Source: Candidatus Minimicrobia sp. QA0096
Lineage (GTDB): Bacteria > Patescibacteriota > Saccharimonadia > Saccharimonadales > Saccharimonadaceae
Assembly (NCBI RefSeq): GCF_963967315.1
Contig: NZ_OZ017288.1
Span: forward strand, 90,001 to 122,000
Length of the DNA stretch: 32,000 nucleotides
Direction of reading: 5' to 3'
Of the stretch, positions 27,487 through 32,000 are shown one piece after another. The translations under genes and the position numbers were made by a program. Every line of letters begins with the position of its first letter. Within the stretch, counting starts at the first letter, position 1. The notes beneath the pieces were generated by a model. That model saw only the letters and a list, made by a program, of their open reading frames with translations, was not told the origin of the DNA and did not search any database.

Positions 27487-28359
27487 ATGTTTGACAGAAT
27501 AGACTATTTAACACATAATAGAGAACTTATGGGAGAAGCGTATTTTATGCATCCGCCTGTATCTGGATATGACAGGCCCCTTTCACTGGACTCTTTGAAG
27601 CGCATGAAAGAGGGGCTAATCACTGCTTTGGAAAAACCTTGCGTAATTAACGACTTAGGACAGTTGGCGCTAAATTTATATAACACGGCTCAAATGCTGG
27701 AGCCTATGGAATATATTGAAGGTGAAGATTTGGGTGATAGCTATCCTGACTCAGACTGGCCAGATAAAAATATAATACCGCTTGTTAGTAGCGATAAGTT
27801 TGTTGTTTCTGGAAGGCAGATATCTCCTATGCCAGTGCAAAAAGATAGAATAAGCGATACTTTTGCCAGTGAAAGTTCTGCCAGAATGTGTATTGATGAT
27901 ATGTATCGCGCCTTAGATAATTATCCGCCCACAAAAATAGAAAGAACAGATGTTGGCGGTTTTTGTAGTAATAGCATCTACAATATGGGCAATTCAAGAG
28001 TATATCTTCGCCCTATTGTTAGTGTGGCTCGTAATGCATTGATGTGTATTAATATTGCTACATTAGCACACGAGACATCTCATGCTCATGATTGTGTCAC
28101 GAATCCAGTTTTGGAAGTATGTTCTAATGATAGTAAAGAGATTCTTTGTTTTGAGTTGCGAGCCTATGCTGTAGGTAAGGTACTTCAGGACTATCTGAAA
28201 CGCGATCAAGGAGTAAGGTTTATCTGCCCTAGCGTATCGGACCGAGTAGAAAAGGTGCGAAGAAAAGTTAACGGACCTCTACAGTCTGAAAATGCATTTG
28301 ATGTAAATGATGATCTGATAAATCAACTAGATAGAGCAGGCCTGAGAAATATATATTGA
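27487..28359 (+). CDS. HExxH zinc-metallopeptidase-like hypothetical protein (the true start is probably 27529)
   Basis: LAHETSHAHD contains HExxH, with candidate third-ligand Glu residues 15-30 residues downstream. There is no signal peptide. The composition is AT-rich. Confidence 0.7.
   Translation: MFDRIDYLTHNRELMGEAYFMHPPVSGYDRPLSLDSLKRMKEGLITALEKPCVINDLGQLALNLYNTAQMLEPMEYIEGEDLGDSYPDSDWPDKNIIPLVSSDKFVVSGRQISPMPVQKDRISDTFASESSARMCIDDMYRALDNYPPTKIERTDVGGFCSNSIYNMGNSRVYLRPIVSVARNALMCINIATLAHETSHAHDCVTNPVLEVCSNDSKEILCFELRAYAVGKVLQDYLKRDQGVRFICPSVSDRVEKVRRKVNGPLQSENAFDVNDDLINQLDRAGLRNIY
27491..27519 (+). promoter_or_regulatory. Near-consensus promoter TTGACA-17-CATAAT, 9 nt upstream of the ATG at 27529
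   Basis: TTGACA at 27491-27496 and CATAAT at 27514-27519. It lies inside the first 14 codons of the ORF-track model. Confidence 0.5.
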
Positions 28360-28371
28360 TAGCGTAGTGGA

Positions 28372-29352
28372 TTAATATTCTGTTTGTAGAGCCTGATCCG
28401 TTGCCGTGACTAATTCTCGGACGATTTCATCATAGCTTTCATATACACGGAATCCTGCCGCGTACGGATGACCGCCACCGCCAAAATATCCAGCCACGGT
28501 GTCGGCGATTGGTAAATTACCCCGTAAGCGCGCAGTCAATTTGCCGTCAGGGTAAGTTTTAATAACGCAACTAAGTGCCACGCCTTCAACCAGCCGCAGT
28601 TCGTCGCCAATCAACGCACCGGGGTTATAGGCGTCGCTGTAGGCTTGGATTTCTTCAAATGGCACATGCACCAGCGCCAGTTGTCCGTCTAATAAATATT
28701 CGATTCGCTCGATCAATTTTCCCTTGTACGCCAAAATTTCTGGCGATTTTTTCATAAATTCGCGTCGTCGCTCTTCAATTTCCGCGTTGGAAGCGCCCAG
28801 TTCTGTAAGTTCTCCCGCCGTATGGAAAGTCTGAGCCGTGGTGTTTTGCGTAGTAAGCCCCAGGCTATCGCTCATAATGGCTATCAATAAATCTTCGGCC
28901 GCCTGAGGATTTATCTTCCAGTCGGAATGCTTGAACAGTTTATACAATAATTCCCCGGTCGCCACGACGGTTTCTGATAACATAATATGATCAAAGCTAA
29001 GTGTCGATTCGGCTGTGTGATGATCGATAACTAGAGTTGGGTGTGTTTCTAAGAAATGTCGCGCTCCAGGAGTTTCTAATACCTTACTGAGGAGCACGTC
29101 CGCGCTTGTATCGACAATTATCGCGGCGTCGGCTTGAAACGGAAAGTCGTTCTGCACTCGATCCCAACCGCGAATATAATGAAGATATTTCGGTATGTCT
29201 ACTGGACAATATAAAGTAACAGTCTTTCCTAGGTCGCTTAAGACTTCTTCTAGCGCCAAGCTTGAACCCAGGCTGTCGCCGTCGGGATTTTCGGCTTGAA
29301 TAATAACTATATTGTTTGCGGATTGAATGAATTGTTTAGCTGTATCTAGCAT
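28372..29352 (-). CDS. nrnA: DHH/DHHA1 phosphoesterase (NrnA-like oligoribonuclease/pAp phosphatase)
   Basis: Motifs DGDSLGS, VIDHHT and GGGGHPYAAG. Confidence 0.85.
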   Translation of the reverse strand: MLDTAKQFIQSANNIVIIQAENPDGDSLGSSLALEEVLSDLGKTVTLYCPVDIPKYLHYIRGWDRVQNDFPFQADAAIIVDTSADVLLSKVLETPGARHFLETHPTLVIDHHTAESTLSFDHIMLSETVVATGELLYKLFKHSDWKINPQAAEDLLIAIMSDSLGLTTQNTTAQTFHTAGELTELGASNAEIEERRREFMKKSPEILAYKGKLIERIEYLLDGQLALVHVPFEEIQAYSDAYNPGALIGDELRLVEGVALSCVIKTYPDGKLTARLRGNLPIADTVAGYFGGGGHPYAAGFRVYESYDEIVRELVTATDQALQTEY

Positions 29353-29486
29353 ATTATTTATTATAACAAATGATTTTTACTCTAATATAATATACATTGT
29401 TTTTAATTACATAAGTGGTATAATATGTGATGGACTATTAAAAGTACTGCACAATCGAAAAAACATAAACATTTTTATAAATTATT

Positions 29487-29515
29487 ATTGACAAAATATA
29501 AAGATTGTGCTAGTA
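29487..29515 (+). promoter_or_regulatory. Promoter TTGACA-17-TAGTAT (with TGc extension) for the LPXTG protein gene
   Basis: TTGACA at 29487-29492 and TAGTAT at 29510-29515. AAGAGGAG SD precedes the ATG at 29561. Confidence 0.55.
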
Positions 29516-29560
29516 TGAGGACATAAAGCCTGAAGATAGGGCTGGAAAAGAGGAGTTTTT

Positions 29561-30727
29561 ATGAACAAATTTAAGAAAATCGGCATTGCTATCTCTTTGG
29601 GATTCGCTATGCTCGGTGGAATCTGGTTGGCATCACCTTCACAGGCTGCCGGCTGTAACAGTTTTAACGTTGTATACTGTGGTACACATTCTATGTCAGA
29701 ATTGCAAACAGCATACAGCCGTACAGAAATTAAAGAACTATACAAAGAGTGGTACGTTACCGAGACTATGGTTCAAGGTGGCTCAAACATGCGTGAAGGT
29801 GTAGTTGACGCAAACGGCAACATTACAGTTGACGGTCGTGTTGTAGCTACAAACGCTATAACCGTACAGTCTAAAGCTGGTACTCGTCAGCCTCAGCCAC
29901 AACGTAGCTACAAGACCTCAAACGGATATACTTACTACCAATATACAACTGGTCAGAGCTTCGTTGACGGACCTAAGAGCTACAATATTTACGCATGGTT
30001 TGACAATAACGGCTCATTTATCACTGGTGTGATTAAAGACTGTGGTAACCCAGTTTGGGGTAACCCAACAACACCTCCAGTAAAGCCTGCTCTAACATGT
30101 GACGCTTTGCAAGTAACTGAAATTTCTCGTAACACCTTCAAATTCAGCGTTAAAGCAACTGCCAAGGGTGGCGCATCTATCACCAGCTACACATACAACT
30201 TCGGTGACAACAACATCAAGACAACTAACTCATCAGAAATTCAATACACTTACGCAAAAGAAGGCAACTACACAGTTACTATTACTGTAAACGGTAAAGA
30301 AACTGGTGAAGTTAAGAGGCAAAACCCTAACTGTCAAAAAACTGTTACGGTTAAGCCAGAGCCAAAAATGATCGTTTGCGACCTTAATACTAAGAAATAT
30401 CCAACAGAAATTAAGGAATCAGAATTCGACAAGAGTAAGCATTCAAAGAATCCAAACGATTGTAAAGAAGCGCCTGCTAAGATTAAAATCTGCGTAATCG
30501 AGAAAAAAGAGATTCGTGAAATCAAGAAGGAAGAGTACAACGAGTCAAAGTACACAACTGACTTAAGCAAGTGTCAGGAAACTCCTACACCAAACACTCC
30601 TTCAACACCAACACCTAGCCCAGAATTGCCAAAGACTGGTGCAAGTGACGCGATCATGTCAGCACTAGGCCTAGGTGGACTAACTACAGCTACTATCGCT
30701 TACATCGCTAGCCGCCGCCAAATGTAA
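29561..30727 (+). CDS. Sortase-anchored (LPXTG) surface protein with a PKD-like domain and two Cys-bracketed repeats
   Basis: Signal peptide ending SQAA/G. PKD-like segment YTYNFGDNN...GNYTVTITV. C-terminal LPKTG, a hydrophobic helix, and an RRQ tail. Confidence 0.88.
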   Translation: MNKFKKIGIAISLGFAMLGGIWLASPSQAAGCNSFNVVYCGTHSMSELQTAYSRTEIKELYKEWYVTETMVQGGSNMREGVVDANGNITVDGRVVATNAITVQSKAGTRQPQPQRSYKTSNGYTYYQYTTGQSFVDGPKSYNIYAWFDNNGSFITGVIKDCGNPVWGNPTTPPVKPALTCDALQVTEISRNTFKFSVKATAKGGASITSYTYNFGDNNIKTTNSSEIQYTYAKEGNYTVTITVNGKETGEVKRQNPNCQKTVTVKPEPKMIVCDLNTKKYPTEIKESEFDKSKHSKNPNDCKEAPAKIKICVIEKKEIREIKKEEYNESKYTTDLSKCQETPTPNTPSTPTPSPELPKTGASDAIMSALGLGGLTTATIAYIASRRQM

Positions 30728-30747
30728 TAGGTCAAGCTAGCAACGAA

Positions 30748-30778
30748 ATACCCGCCGAGATGGCGGGTATTTTTATTG
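30748..30778. terminator. Intrinsic terminator between the convergent LPXTG gene and recR
   Basis: ATACCCGCC-GAGA-TGGCGGGTAT is followed by TTTTTATT on the plus strand. Confidence 0.7.
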
Positions 30779-30796
30779 GTGATGAAGCTGTTGAGT

Positions 30797-31414
30797 TTAT
30801 AACTGTTTTCGACCTTCTAGTGCGTGAGTTAGCGTAATTTGGTCTGCGTACTCAAGGTCAACGCCGACTGGAATACCCCTAGCCAAGCGTGTGATGGTCG
30901 TATTCAGCCCAGCCTCTTGGATATATCTTTGCAAAAACAGTGCTGTTGATTCGCCTTCTACTGAAGCGTTCGTAGCGATGATAATCTCTTGAACGTCGTC
31001 TGTTTTTATACGCTCAATTAGTTCTGGGATATGCAATTGCTCTGGTCCAATATTGTCAATTGGTGAGATAACGCCGCCCAGCACGTGGTATGTGCCCAGG
31101 AACTGCCCTGTTCTTTCTATAGCGACAATGTCTAGCGGCTCCTCGACTACACAAACGACTTTCTTATTCCTGTTCGAATCTGCGTATAAAGGCGACACAT
31201 CGTCATCTGAGTCGATCAACGCAAATGTCTTCGGGCAGGTTTTTACGCGGTCGTGTAATCGGTCTAATGAATGCGCTAATTGCTTTGCGGATTTGGGATT
31301 GCGGCGTAAAACCGCGTAGGCATATCTTTCAGCCGTACGCGGTCCAACTCCAGGTAGATTACCAAAATCATCAATTAAAGCAGTTAGAGCTTTTGGTAAA
31401 ATGTCGATTGACAT
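30797..31414 (-). CDS. recR: Recombination protein RecR (zinc-finger motif degenerate)
   Basis: HhH motif LPGVGPRTAERYA. Toprim motifs VCVVEEPLDIVAIERTG and ATNASVEGESTA. C-terminus GIPVG..LEYAD. Confidence 0.9.
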   Translation of the reverse strand: MSIDILPKALTALIDDFGNLPGVGPRTAERYAYAVLRRNPKSAKQLAHSLDRLHDRVKTCPKTFALIDSDDDVSPLYADSNRNKKVVCVVEEPLDIVAIERTGQFLGTYHVLGGVISPIDNIGPEQLHIPELIERIKTDDVQEIIIATNASVEGESTALFLQRYIQEAGLNTTITRLARGIPVGVDLEYADQITLTHALEGRKQL

Positions 31415-31418
31415 GGCT

Positions 31419-31709
31419 TTAGAATGGCAAGTTGCCCAAGCCGCCCATCAATGGCTTCATAGTTTCAGCAGCGACTTCCTGAGCCTTTGTCATACCGTCG
31501 CGAACTGCGATTTCGATCCAGTGTTCCAACTCTTCGATATTCTCCAAGTCGACCATTTCTGGGTCAATCTTTACAGACTTAATCTTTAACTCGCCAGTGA
31601 TTTGCACGATCACAGCGCCATCGCCAGCCTCAACTTCGATGATTTCTTTGCCTAATTGTTTCTGTGCTTTGCGTAATTGTTGCAGCATTTTTACCTGATC
31701 AAACGCCAT
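31419..31709 (-). CDS. ybaB: YbaB/EbfC nucleoid-associated DNA-binding protein
   Basis: 96 aa. Typical sequence (MLQQLRKAQKQL...VEAGDGAV...ITGELKIKSVKIDPE) and ybaB-recR synteny. AAGGAGG SD upstream. Confidence 0.88.
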   Translation of the reverse strand: MAFDQVKMLQQLRKAQKQLGKEIIEVEAGDGAVIVQITGELKIKSVKIDPEMVDLENIEELEHWIEIAVRDGMTKAQEVAAETMKPLMGGLGNLPF

Positions 31710-31741
31710 ATTCCTCCTTATTTAACACTTACAATTATACC

Positions 31742-32000
31742 CTATTTGCGGTCGGATGTGTAGATATAGAATCGGTCGCCGTCTTTATGGTCATTGACAA
31801 TTACTGACGACAAGTGCCCAGAGTAAGTCTGCGGAATTTGAGACTTTACGCTGTGGCTAACATATAAAGTCTGTCCGACGTTTGCTGGCGCTGTGTGGAT
31901 AATTGATATCTGGTGATAGTTGTGTTTTTTAAGCGCTTCGTAAATCGGTGATTCTTCTTTACTAACCAATAACGAGAATGAATCGGTCGGCGCGGTATTT
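31742..32000 (-). CDS. C-terminal fragment of a larger protein that runs off the window (dnaX by synteny only)
   Basis: The minus-strand frame is open to nt 31999 beyond the listed TTG. The dnaX-ybaB-recR order is common, but the visible sequence has no diagnostic motif. Confidence 0.4.
   Translation of the reverse strand, partial: NTAPTDSFSLLVSKEESPIYEALKKHNYHQISIIHTAPANVGQTLYVSHSVKSQIPQTYSGHLSSVIVNDHKDGDRFYIYTSDRK

Overview
This is a compact chromosomal segment, roughly 43-45% GC by eye, from a small-genome bacterium with a Gram-positive-type envelope (one LPXTG sortase substrate). The gene content and style fit Patescibacteria/Saccharibacteria, but that is an inference I could not verify by search. 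The core is housekeeping. It holds a complete F1Fo ATP synthase operon (atpI-like, then atpB-E-F-H-A-G-D-C, 1415-8010), dus, a solitary UvrD-type helicase with a RecB-type nuclease, and a P-type cation ATPase. It also holds an RlmD/RumA-type RNA methyltransferase, tRNA-Gln(UUG), greA, and a histidine kinase/response regulator pair divergent from an ABC exporter. The remaining genes are an AI-2E transporter, cysS, an NrnA-like DHH phosphoesterase, recR and ybaB. I found no CRISPR array, IS element, integrase or rRNA.

Four things stand out:
1. A GC-rich, multi-hairpin locus at 9912-10516 on the minus strand. It is bracketed by two intrinsic terminators. It contains a closed tRNA-like module resembling a tmRNA tRNA-like domain, plus a small GC-rich ORF. 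I could not fit it to a canonical tmRNA.
2. A compositionally foreign, divergently transcribed gene pair wedged between cysS and nrnA (26.5-28.4 kb). One gene encodes a 216-aa helical protein and the other an HExxH metallopeptidase-like protein.
3. A recurrent (TGn)TAnAAT box 5-10 nt upstream of the ATG at about a dozen first-in-operon genes, which implies widespread leaderless mRNAs.
4. Several lineage oddities: RecR without its Cys4 zinc finger, a truncated ATP synthase delta subunit, and an AT-rich orphan gene beside the tRNA.

All functional calls rest on motifs read by eye. No database search was run.
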